In this document: positions 13,096 through 25,124 of the stretch, piece after piece
Layout: the number at the start of each line of letters is the position of its first letter
Numbering within the stretch: position 1 is the stretch's first letter
Assembly: GCF_036971445.1 (NCBI RefSeq)
Contig: NC_091477.1
Coordinates: 97,278,001 to 97,342,000, forward strand
From: Narcine bancroftii
Taxonomy: Eukaryota
DNA: 64,000 bases
Direction of reading: 5' to 3'
Made by a program: the position numbers and the translations under genes
The notes under the pieces: model-generated
The model's input: the letters and a program-made list of their open reading frames with translations, nothing else
The model's database searches: none
What the model was told of the DNA's origin: nothing

Positions 13096-13517
13096 TTACT
13101 GAGGGTTATCTATTTGATTCAACCACAAAAAATTAAATCTGATGACTTTCAACAAAGATGCAGAGAATTCTTGCAGTGCTGTACAGTGGAATATACCCTT
13201 GTCAAATATGGAAAAATTATAGTTAGTATTTGCCTTTTTTTGTAAGACCACTGAAGCAATTTCCAATAAAAGAACAAACTGTACAATTTCTTGTTCTCAT
13301 ATGAATAGTCCCTCAGTGTAGTAGCAGCATTCTTTTTGAGTAAAAAAAGAATCAACACATCAACCACTCTCTTATGACATCTTCCTCATCATTCCTTTAG
13401 CAGATATACCTTTGGGAATTGTAATGATTAAGAGCAGGTGACAAGGAACAAAATTGACATGTTATCCACAAAACCATATGCATGGTATCCTCACTATAGA
13501 GAAGCTTGCAATTCCTT

Positions 13518-14050
13518 TAGATTAGATTCAACTTTATTATCATTTTGCCAAGCACAGATATAAAGCCAATGAAATGCAATTAGCATCTAACAGCAGTACA
13601 AGAATACTGCTATTTACAAGTAACTGAATAAAAGCAAGTGCTCCAACAAACAAACAAGTATAAAAGTACTGACAGTACAATATGGGTGTAATACTGCTCA
13701 GTGCTGTGCTGTAACATTCAGCAGGGTCACAGCGTCAGGAAAGAAACTCTTCCTGAGCCTGCAAATTCTGGAGCAGAGGCTCCCGTAGCACTTACCGGAT
13801 GGAAGGAGAGTAAAAAGATCATAGATAGGGTGAGATGCATCCTTGATAATGCTTTTCGCCCTGCCCAGGCAGTGTTTCTGATAGATGTTCTCAATGATGG
13901 GCAATTGGGTGCCGATAATCCAGTTTTCACCACCTGCTGGAGTGCTTTATGGTCTGTCATGGACAGTTGCCATACCACACTGAAATGCCATAGGTGAGTA
14001 TGGTCTCAATGGTACAGTGGTAAAAATGCATCAGTATCCTGGGACAGAGG
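13518..14050 (-). mobile_element. Rex1/Babar-clade LINE 3' fragment
   Basis: ORF 13698-13904 (IENIYQKHCLGRAKSIIKDASHP..LFTLLPSGK.Y) is the Rex1 C-terminus; (ttaga)n tail. Confidence 0.8.
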
Positions 14051-14814
14051 ATGGATCTCTCACCAGAGAATGCAATAGATAGCTGTATTTAACTATAAAG
14101 CTTCAATGACCTCCTTCGAATAATAGCGAAGAGCAAATTGAAAGGCCTTTCAATTATTTCCAGCTCCATCTTTGCCTTTCTTACTTGACCGTCACTGACA
14201 ATGCAGTCCTTGCTTGCTCAAAATTGAAGCAGATAGAAAATTTTAGTGAGAACATTGGCTTGAATTGCATTTACCTTTTGCCAACAATTTTCTTGCGGAC
14301 CCACTACTTTACATCAGCTATGGATGGTGTAGATAACAGTCCCATTCATTGAATGACACTGATGAACATGATTGTAATTGATGCTTATTTGTGTTTTTCT
14401 TAACTTTACAATACGTTTAATTGGTTTTACCACTATTTTCAAGTATATATTTTATTTTAGTAATTTAAATCCTTTTGAATTTTTTAATATTTCCGATTAA
14501 CTGTCATTGGATGCCATCTGACCTGGAAACAGTGAAGAATGTCACAACACAAGAAAAAAAACAGGCTTCACTCCTGTTGGAAATTCAACTGAAGACTTTT
14601 GAAGACCTTGATAGAACATTTGCAAAGTTGGTTGTATCTGCAAGGCTGCAGGTCACACACTGCATCACAGCCCCCAGAACAATTCTCTCTATCAAATTCA
14701 TCCTGAACATGCATATGCTCTGTCACACCCACTGCTACAAGTCCCCCACCTATGAGCACACATTTAATCAACTACAACAGCCACAAAGTTCAAACATATG
14801 ATGAAGTAAATTAC

Positions 14815-15000
14815 AAAAACCCATAGACACCGTGGTTGAAGTAAAAATGCAAAATGCTGGAGAGGCTCAGCAGGTCCAACAGTTTCCTTTCTGTAGCAAA
14901 GGTAAAGATACAGAACCGACGTTTCAGGCTTGAGCCCTTCATCAAGGTATGAGAAAATGCCAGCAGGTATTTGAACAAAAAGGTGGGGGGGGGGGGTGGA
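14815..15000 (-). mobile_element. Penelope-like pLTR with hammerhead-like core
   Basis: Minus strand ctcataccTTGATGAagggctcaagcctGAAACgtcgg followed by the gacctgctgagcctctccagcatttt tail. Confidence 0.75.
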
Positions 15001-16018
15001 GGGTGGCATATTGTGAAGATGTTCATTAATACAATCTTTTACTTGTTGGACAAAATTTTGGACAGGAGCAACAGCTGTTTGATACAGAACAGCAATCACA
15101 TTCAACACTCAAAGTACCCTCAATATTTGTTCATTGTGGATCAGCTGTATATCGATGGTGGGCAGCAATATAACTGAAGCATCAAAGGTGATTATAAGCT
15201 CACGTCTCATCTTCATACATTCCATGCCTCTTCACCTCCAACCTCGTGCTGAAGATAGTGTAAACATGGTGCTCGTGAATTACCTTCCCACCACCGCACC
15301 ACTATTCAGCATTTTCTCCTTTCAAATAACCAAGGATTCCATCCTGGTCATGTTTTTGAAGAAAAATGGGAACAATCAGAAATTAAAAAATACTGTACAC
15401 TCAATGTAATATACATCGTTGCCTGTACTTTTTCTAAAGGTGTCCTCTTTTACTTTGCATGGTATAAGGCCCTGCAAAATACATTTCTATAGATTTAAAA
15501 ATTAGATCAACAACACTATGCAAGGATGAATGTGAAATATTGTAAAAAGATTTTGTAAAATGAGAAAAGTAATGAGCACAATTGTTTGACAAATTCAATG
15601 GGAGCAGCAAATATCTTTCCTTTCTCTTTGTAAGATGTTCCTATTAGAAATCATATCAGCACAAAATTTGGCCATTAAAATGGGCCAGATCATTGCCATC
15701 CTTTTGTTTTGCACTTCAGTCACACAATTTGAAATGCTGAAATTTGACTAATTCTGCTTCAGCAGTACATTTTGTAAAATAAGTTTGAACGTCTGCCAAC
15801 ATTTTCAATACCTGATGAAATTACTTTAGGTTGAACTCGGTGTACTTTGCTTATAAATTTGTTACCTGAAATAATTACACTGGGAAAAAAAAACGAATAG
15901 ATTCAGAGAAACAGATGAATATAAGGACAGACTATGCCTGGGAGAAATTACTTGTTTAAAAAATGCATTAAATTGCAAATTGGGAAACATAAAAATATTT
16001 TGTGACCTTCATATATCT

Positions 16019-16867
16019 GAACATGTTTTAGCAGCAAAATTGTTCTGAGTGAGTTTTATGAAAGAATGAAGAAAAAAAGAGTGAAACATTAAATAGCTTG
16101 ATTTATTCCACACTTTACCACTCATATTGCATCATGTCCAAGGAAAATGGATATTTTTCTGTTTTTTTTTCTCAATTTCAATTATCCCTACTTTTGCTGC
16201 TCTACTATGTTCTTGTGGCCATGGTTATTGTATTTTTATAATGATCTATTAAAATATAAAGATGTGGGCATTTCATTGAATTAGCGATCGTGAACTTCTG
16301 GCAAGTGGGTGTCATTAATATAACCATATAACAATTTACAATACAGAAACAGGCCATATTGGCCCTTCTAGTCCGTACCGATTTAAGTGAACTCCATGCG
16401 TTCCGCCTACCTGCTCCCTGCCCATAACCCTCCAACTCCCTCACATCCATGTACTCATCCAACCTCCACTTAAATGACAAAACTGACTCCGCTGCAACCA
16501 CCTCTTCCGGAAGGTCATTCTACTCAGCCACCACTCTCTGAGTGAAGAAGCTTCCTCTTATGTTACTAATGTTATTGATTTTACTCTTTGCACACCGGTC
16601 TGAAATCAATATCAGATGCAGTTAGCATCTACTGTGTGTGATAGTTTTGGTGAATGTGAAGCAGCCCAGTGAATGACATGTGCACACAGAAAGAGTTGGT
16701 GTGACTGGTGAATCTGAATATGTGCGTTATTTGCTTTAAGCTTGTTGCCTCAGGAAACAGGAGAACATGTTTTAGCAGCAAAATTGTTCTGAGTAAGTTT
16801 TATGAAAGAATGAAGAAAAAAAAGAGTGAAACATTAAATAGCTTGATTTATTCCACACTTTACCACT
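16019..16867. repeat. ~104-bp near-identical direct repeat (16019-16122 and 16763-16867)
   Basis: gaacatgttttagcagcaaaattg...cactttaccact occurs twice, differing by one substitution and one A. Confidence 0.9.
16322..16563 (-). mobile_element. CR1-type LINE 3' end
   Basis: VVAAESVLSFKWRLDEYMD..LEGYG C-terminus plus 3' UTR. Confidence 0.8.
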
Positions 16868-17531
16868 AACATTTAGCAATGCACCATCTTTAAAAATATT
16901 TGACAAATACGCAAGTTTATTTGATCATAACATGATGTTAAATAGTGGTGATTTTTTTTTGAAATTGTTTTTTTTGCTTAGTTTTCCTAAATCCTGTGAT
17001 TTTAATTATTTAATGGTAAAATTATTAATAAACTTATCATCAATACTTGCTAATGTTATGTATTTTTAAAATAAAAATACATTAGAATTAAAACTCATTT
17101 CTTTGTAACATATTATAAGTGTCTTAGGATAGTGAATCGCCCATATTATAATTTATTGATTTTAAACAAAATTTGAATTTTAATCATTTTAGTGGGTTAC
17201 TTAGTGATATATTTTGTAATTGCAGTTGTGCTGCTGTCAGAATAATTTTAATTGAACTATGCAACAAAACTGTTTAAAGTACACTTAGCAAAAGAAAGTA
17301 CTTTGGCATTTTTTTTCTCCTGTTCCACCACAAAATCAGTGAGCTTCAAAGTCCTAATAACTTGGGAGATGGCAGCTCTTGTTGGAAAGGCATGCTCTTA
17401 GAAGCAAGGATCTATAAGGGTGTTGAAAAAAATAATATGGCAGTATTCAAATAGGCAGGAGGAAAGCTCATCACACATCAAAAATAGTGACTGTATCCTG
17501 AAATAGTAAGCAAATAATAGGGCACCATGTA

Positions 17532-19497
17532 TTGATTGATTCACACTGCACTGTGAGTAACATTTCACTGCTGACCAAGAACTGCAAAACAGGCTCTTCC
17601 ATTCAAGCAATAAAATTACATTGTCTAATTTATACTAGAATTATGGTATCGCTAAATAATGCAACATAGAAGACAACTATTTAGACCTTTGTGCCTCTGC
17701 CTGTTCTTCAATCAAGTAAATAATTCACACCTCATTTCTTTTATTTCCCTAATGTTTCTTTTCCTCATTCACCCATCGCATTGTCCCTCTCCTTCCCACA
17801 CAAATTGCATTGCCATAAACTGACCTCATAAATTCTGACAGTGAAATATAATGAGGGTGGGTGAAGGTGTGGCCAGCGGGGCTAACCCACCATACATACA
17901 TATTGGGCACTGCGTCCGCACAAGGATCTTTTCCACATTTCTTTCACAGTGCTCCACATGGATGACATATAGTGGAAGTGTCTTAGGATAGTGAATCGCC
18001 CATGATGAAATGGTGAGGCACACTCAATGGGCTGAATGGCCCAATAGCCTTCATATGATGATCTAAGTGATTGGACTCATTGGAGTGATGTCAATCAATG
18101 CATGACACAATGTTGTATCTGCCAATTTCTAACTGTACTTTAAACTCATCTACCTTTGTTTTGTACACAGTGTTCATTTAAATACAACACTTCAGTCCTG
18201 TGTTCACCACCCTTCTCACATTTGTCTCTGTTGCCTGCATTTAAACTTTATTGTTTTCTAAATGTTTTGTCCTAACTTTTATTATCATACCAGGGCTCTA
18301 AATTATTACAGTACTCAATGCTCTAATCATAAAACCACCAAACCATATGACTCCGTAATTTGTCATTGTACTTACATATTAACTTTAAATCAGTGGTTCT
18401 CAACCTTTTTCTTTCCACTCACATACCACCTTAAGCAATCCTATGCCATTGGTGCTCTGTGATGAGTAAGGGATTGCTTAAGGTGGTATGTGAGTGGGAA
18501 AGGAAGGTTGAGAATTACTGCTCTAGACCCAACTGTTACTGAACTATTTTGCTTGAGAAAAATTGTCATTGGCCCATTTCCTTTGGAGTTATGAAACCGT
18601 GCACATAACGAGTCCATTAGGTATGATTAAAACAGTGGTTTTCAACCTTTTTCTTTTTACCCACATACCACCTTAAGCAATCCCTTACTCATCAAAGAGC
18701 ACCTATGGCATAGGGATTACTTAAAGTGGTATGTGAGTGGAAAGAAAAAGGTTGAGAACCACTGCTTTAAATGGTTGTGTACAAGGATGCTCTGATCTCT
18801 CTGAATACAACCTTCAAATTTCTTAACATTTGAAAAGTTTTACAGGAGTGGATGATGTCATATTTTTGCACATTATATCACATTGGCCTCATCCTCACTC
18901 ATTTAACTTTACAGGTCTCCATCCTGCTGAACACCATCCTCTCCACTTCGAACCAGCTTTGTACCACCAGAAACTGTGGATATATTTCTCATGCTCATCT
19001 CATCAAAATCAATGACATTAATTATGATCATTTGGGGTTCTAGCGCATATTCTTCCATTCCCCACCTCCAAATCACAATTCGCAAATCACCTGCTAATTC
19101 CCTCTCTCTTTCCATTGACCAATCCTCAGCACACACCACAATAATACCCCCAATAGTGCTCATTCTAATGTTTTTTTTCATAACCTCCTTATCAAATATC
19201 TTTTTGAAAGTCCAAACTTGCTACATCAACTGTTTCCTTCTGCTTGTTATAAGATTGTGAAATAGATTGTGAAATCTGACTCCCATGATTTTGATTGATT
19301 CACACTGCACTGTGAGCAACACTTCACGGCTGACCAAGAACCACAAACAGGCTCTTCCATTCAAGCGATAAAATTACGTTGTCTAGTTTATACTGGAATG
19401 ATGGTATTATTAAATAATGGAACATAGAAGACAACTATTTGGCCCTTTTGTGCCTCTGCCTGTTCTTCAGTCAACTAAACAATTCACCCCTCATTTC
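17532..19497. repeat. ~205-bp diverged direct repeat (17532-17738 and 19291-19497)
   Basis: ttgattgattcacactgcactgtgag...ctcatttc aligns end to end with scattered substitutions. Confidence 0.85.
18391..18764 (+). mobile_element. Compound hAT element: MITE (18391-18520) + spacer (18521-18632) + inverted MITE (18633-18764)
   Basis: Ends CAGTGGTTCTCAACC / GGTTGAGAACCACTG; perfect 8-bp TSD ctttaaat; each module is itself a hairpin with ~50-bp arms. Confidence 0.92.
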
Positions 19498-19924
19498 CAA
19501 ACATGTCTCTGTGACTTGGCACAATCCTATATGATTTCCTATGTGGCCTGTTACCATTTCCTAGATTCTACCATTTTCCTAACCACTGATAACAGAATAA
19601 CTTCCCATAGTTCCCTGATTTTTTCCCCCTCCTTCTTTACATATTCATGTTACGTTTCCTACCTTCCTGTCCCTGGCAATCTTTTAAGCTTCTTTGGAAT
19701 ACTGAAAGATATGCAATTCAGATAAAGAACCTTCATTTTGGTCTTTTTACTATCTTTCTTACTCAGACTCTATTCAGAAATATGCTCATATGTGTTTTTG
19801 TGCGGTCTTGCACTGACCGACCCCTTTCCCATTTTGTCCTTTATTAACTTCCTAAACTGCCCTTTGTCATAACCTTCCATTCCCTCCTCTGCTACTTTTT
19901 GTTTAAGGTTTTATATCTGAAAAC

Positions 19925-20135
19925 ATGGCTAGTGCAGGAGTTAGCACAATGCTATTACAGCGCCAGTGGGGTCAAAAACCCGTATTGTCTTTAAGGAGTT
20001 TGTATGTTCTCCCCTTGTCTATGTGGGTTTCCTTTGTGGGCTCTGGTTTCCTCTCACTATACCAGGAGGTTGTAGGTTAATTGGGTGGCACCGGTTCGTG
20101 GACCAAAATGGCCTGTTACCATGCTGTATGTCTAA
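19925..20135 (+). mobile_element. tRNA-derived V-SINE
   Basis: V-domain-like aaggagtttgtatgttctccccttgtctatgtgggtttcc...ggtttcctc; other degraded copies at ~21765-21960 (+), 33940-34110 (-), 57780-57925 (-), 59640-59830 (-). Confidence 0.75.
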
Positions 20136-20544
20136 ATTTTTTAGAAAATTAAATATTTAAATTCATTGATAAGCTCTGCTGAGCAAGACAGTGATGAAAG
20201 TTTGGTAATGTCTCTGGTTGTTGTGGTCCCCAGAGTCTGACCTCCATTCAGAGAAATAGATATTCACATTGGACAAAATTGGTGGACTGAATAGAAAGGA
20301 ACTTTCAAGATTTTGTTTTATATCTTCTACAGTCTTTCAATGAAACAGGCCCGCAGCAAGAAAGTGACACTCATGCAAGGGGGAGGCCTGTCTATGTTTT
20401 TCTTTACAGGACCATGATGCAATATGGAACCAATCAGATAAAAAGGGAAAATCATCTTGGCAGCAGCCAAAATCCAACCCTGTACAGAGAAACATTTATA
20501 AAATTCATAACAATAAAATGTCTTTAATCAAAATCATGAACTCT

Positions 20545-21628
20545 TAATAAGATATACAGTAAGAGCCAAAATAGGCTATTCAGCCTATCGAGTCTGCCCC
20601 ACCATTCAATCATGAGCTGATCCATTTTCCCACAGCTACACTGCCCAGCCTTCTCCCCATAACCTTTGGTGCCCTGGCTGAACAAGAATCTATCAATCTC
20701 TGCCTTAAATACACACAATGACCTGGCCTCCACCACCCTTTGGCTGAAGAAATTCCTACATATCTCTGTTCTAAGCGATGCCCTTTAATTCTAAAGTTGC
20801 GCCCTTTCGTCCTGGACTCTCCCACCATGGGAAACAACCTTTCTACATCTACTCTGTCCATGCCTTTCAACATTCAAAATGTTTCAATGAGTCCCCCCTT
20901 GTTCTCTTAAATTCCAACAGCCAAGAGCTGTCAAACGCTACTTGTATGACAACCCCTTCATTCCCAGAATCATCCTAGTGAAGCCCCTTTCAACCCTCTC
21001 CAATGTCAGTACACCCTTTCTTAAATGAGGAGCCCAAAACTGCTCACATAAGTGAGGCCTCAACCAGTGCATTATAGAGCCACAACAGCACATCGCTGCT
21101 CTTATATTCTATTCCTCTTGAAATGAATGCCAGCATTGAATTTGCCTTCTTTACTATCGTCTCAACATTAAAAAGTTTACCTTGAGGCTATCCTGAATGG
21201 AGGAATCCCAGATTCTATTGCATCTGGGTATTTTCAATGATCCCTTCATTTAAAAAAATAATCTGCTTATTTTTTTCTGCCAAAGTGCATGACCATACAT
21301 TTTCTGACATTATATTTAATTTGCCATTTCTCTACCCAATTCTCCTAATATGTCTAAGTCCTTTTGCAGCCTCCCTGTTTCCTCTCCACTACTTGCTCCT
21401 CTACCTACCTTCGTATCATCTGCAAACTTGGCCACAAAGCCAGTCATTCCATTATTGAAATCATTAATATGCAACATTTTTTTAAAAAGTGGCGCAAGCA
21501 ACTGGCAGCTTAATCAAAATATGATCCTTGTATTCCAACTCTCTGCTTCCTGCCAATCAGCCAATGGTCTACCCATGCTAGTATGTTTCTTGTTATACCA
21601 TGAGCTCTTATTTTGTTAAGTAGCCTCT
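20545..21628 (-). mobile_element. CR1-type LINE, RT to 3' end
   Basis: FVAKFADDTKVG (21316-21501) and LKGMDRVDVERLFPMVGESRTKG (20610-20873). Confidence 0.9.
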
Positions 21629-22441
21629 AAGCCATATCCTTGATAGCATTCAATATTAATGATTATGACATTAATTTTTGACAAAATCCTGCTGGAGAAT
21701 TGTTATGTAAAGTATGTTTTGTGTAAAACACGGGTTAAAACTATGGTATTTATAATTCTACAGGGAGTGCTGATGCCTCCTAGCTCCAATTCTGATGTCT
21801 GGAGCTGTATATGTGGAGTTTGCATGTCTTTCTTGTGACAACATGGGCTTCCCCTGTTGTTCCATTTTCACCTCACATCCAAAGATGAATTGATTGGACC
21901 ATTAACTAACCCTCAGGTAGGTGGCTTGTGGGAGTATCAGGCAATGTTAATGGGCAGGAATCTAAGTACAGATTACAGACAAACAATTGTGAAAATGGGA
22001 TTAATGGGATTGCTCTGAGAACCTGAATCGTTCAACATCTTTTCACAGATCCTGTTTTATTTTCCAAGAAATTCATGCATTATATTTAACATTCACCATG
22101 CATGATCTAATCATTTTTATTCTGAAAACCATTCTCCATGTCTGTAATCTTTTCCTTCCCCAAATTTTGTTCCTATGATATGGGCCTCTTAGCCTTCACT
22201 CTATCTTCAATTGCCTCAGTATCTGTGACTTTATCCCATACACTGATTTTGCTCCAGAAATCCTTTGCTTCATTTCTCCAAGCTATTTTAAGAAACTCCT
22301 TAAAATGAATACTCTTGAGAAAGCATTTGGTCATCACTCTCAAACTATGTTCTTGTTTGTTAACCAACAAATTTCCTGAAGGCTCTTTGAGGTGGCTTGA
22401 AATACTTTTCTAGTTAATGTTACAGTACAAAATAAATGAGT

Positions 22442-22665
22442 TGTGGTGGAACATTGTAATACATGCATTGTACAGGTTTACCTGCCCCTGACACTGTAAC
22501 TCTTCCCCCTCAGGTTTCCTAATAAAGGTGATACTACCCAATCCCCTTCCTCAGTACTGTTTTGAAATCAGGCTAACAGCATGTAAGAGATACCTGTAAG
22601 TTTATAGCGATTAAAGCCTGTTAATCTCGATTTCTGGTCTGTCGGGTCTAATCGATAGCGCGACA
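22442..22665 (+). mobile_element. Short solo LTR (224 bp)
   Basis: TGT...ACA ends; perfect 5-bp TSD tgagt (22437-22441 and 22666-22670); internal aataaa and attaaa signals. Confidence 0.85.
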
Positions 22666-23961
22666 TGAGTTATGTTGGTTCTTTGTTCTTCAAGTGATGT
22701 CTGAAATGAACTTCTTCAGTGTTCAAGTCCAAAATGTTGGTATGTATCTTTACTATATAAATTACACTGTTTGACATGCTGGGTTCTCCAGCATTGTGTT
22801 TTTATTTTCTGAAATGACCATGCTAATGAGCTCAACAACAACTTCAGTTTCTGTGTCCATTAATTCTGATCTGTTCATTCTCTTGTGACCTCAAATGTAT
22901 TTCTAAAAACATAATAAAAATGATTTGCTTAGAAGATTAGAGAATAAGTGTACTGTATTCCTGAAAACTAGTGGAAAGATTATATTTTGTAGAAGAGAGG
23001 TTCAAATTTGCAAAGAGGATTATCAAGTTCATGGAAGTGCTTGATCTGGATTTCATTGTGACATTTCTGTGATACTATTTTTTTAAATTCAATCAATACA
23101 AAGCCTGGAGAATGTCGCTCTGGTAATGCTTTGTTTACTAGTGTAATGGGAACAAGATAACATCCATTTTAAGATAGTAGCCAGAGTACAATAAATAAGA
23201 CAGAATTTCTTTGTTTACCATACGAGTATGCAAGATGCTCTATTGTGTGAAACCTCATCCATGAGTGCATGCTATGCAAAGGATCTGAAAAATTCTCAAG
23301 TCTCCACTTGGAGCTTCAGGATACTGATTTATGTCAAATCAATCAGAAATGTTTTCCTAAAACTAATGTATAGTATATATGATAAATTATTTTTTTTTTA
23401 ATGAACCACAAGATTTCTTATAAGTTAACTTAAAAGATGGGAATAGCAAATTGTATAAAGCTATTAAGGTTTCAATGAAAAATAAACTTGCTTCACTGAA
23501 AATGTCAATCTCTGTGGAATCTAATTCTAGATTTAAAAAAAAATGCTGGAAATATTCAGCAATTCGTGAAGCATCTGTGAAAAGAGAAACAAAGTTAATG
23601 TTTCAGAACAGAGATTCAGAAATGTAGAAGAGAAATACCATTAATTTTAGCATCTAATATGCTGTCAGATAGTTGAAGTTTAGATTTAATTACAATTCAG
23701 TCAGGAAAATCCATATAAAGCAAAACCTTCACATTGACAATTGACATTATCATTTTGCATCATTCTTTTCAGCATCAATAATGAATAAAAGTATTGAAAT
23801 TGCAAAATTAAAACTACTTAGTCTGAATTATATGCAGCCTTGATAAACTAGAAACTGGATGAAACTTCTTACATTTGTTTCACTTTACCCCCTTGAAAGG
23901 TAGAATTTCCATTATTGGAACATAATACAGGTAGTCCATTTAGAATGTAACATATATAAAA

Positions 23962-24106
23962 GAGAGTTGCCACTTTGTCCAGCGTCCCTCACAGAAACCT
24001 ACAGCCCCTGGTCTTCCTAGGTGGTCTCCCCTCCAAGTACTGACCAGAGCTGAGCCTGCATAGCTTGCGAGATTATCCAATCTCAGGTGCATTCAGGCCA
24101 TGAGGC
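23962..24106 (-). pseudogene. 5S rRNA-derived sequence (pseudogene or SINE3 head)
   Basis: Minus strand cctgaatgcacctgagattggataatctcgcaagctatgcagg...agtacttggaggggagaccacctaggaagaccaggggctgtagg aligns with vertebrate 5S rRNA including boxes A and C, but is diverged. Confidence 0.85.
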
Positions 24107-24532
24107 ACTGTCATCAATCATAAGGAACCCAGCCTTACTTCATCAGATGATGATCCAAATAATTTAGAAAAATAAACTCCATACATCTATTTAATTCATT
24201 ATCTGCAGTTTATGACTAAAAGCATTTTTACAGCTGAAAAGGATCATTTATTTAAATGAACTGACATAATTTATTGAGAAGTTTATCACAATAAAAACTT
24301 GATAAGTTAAAGAAAATACAGTCAGCAAACACTTAAATGCAACAGAGTAATTAATTAAATGCAAAAAAACTATTTGAAAATGCATATCTCAGAAAAACCA
24401 ATGTATCAATCACTAAACCAAGTTGATTAGATAGCTGGAAGAATTATTATAAGTACCCAAGAAAACGGCCAGTAGGCTAACAGAACAATTTTTAATACTA
24501 AAAGCCAGGAGGGGAGAGTGTTGTTGGAGATG

Positions 24533-25063
24533 GACAACTTCCAATCTCAAACTCACCTGATTCATCTCCGACAACACTCTCTCCTTTTTGGATCTCTCTA
24601 CCTCCATTTCAGGAGACAAGCTTTTCACTGACAAATATTACAAACCCACTAACTCTCACAACTACCTCGACTACACTTCCTCACACCCTGTCTCCTGTAA
24701 GGATTCTATTCCCTTCTCTCAATTTCTCCGTCTCTGCTGCATCTGTTCCCAAGATGGTATTCCAGTCCAGATCTTCTGAAATGTCTGCCTTCTTCCACAA
24801 ATGGGGCTTCCCCTCCACTGTCATAAACTCAGCCCATACCTCTATCTTCTCCACTTCTTGCTCATCTGCCTAGCCCCCACTGCCTCAGATGCAACAAGCA
24901 CAGGATTCCCCTTGTCCTTACCCACCAACCCACCAGCATCCGCATCCAAAAATATTATCCTCTGGAATTTCTGGCACTTGTGACAGGATCCCACTACCAG
25001 AAACATCTTCCCCTCTCCTCCTCTCTCTGCCTTCTGTAGGGACCGCTCCTCCATAACTCCCTC
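24533..25063 (+). mobile_element. Penelope-like element RT/thumb fragment
   Basis: FLDLSTSISGDKLFTDKYYKPTNSHNYLDYTSSHPVSCKDSIPFSQFLRL. Confidence 0.88.
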
Positions 25064-25124
25064 ATGTCACATAGAAAACCAACAGTTGGATTTACATTAA
25101 TAAACTAGAGGAGGAAACAAACAT

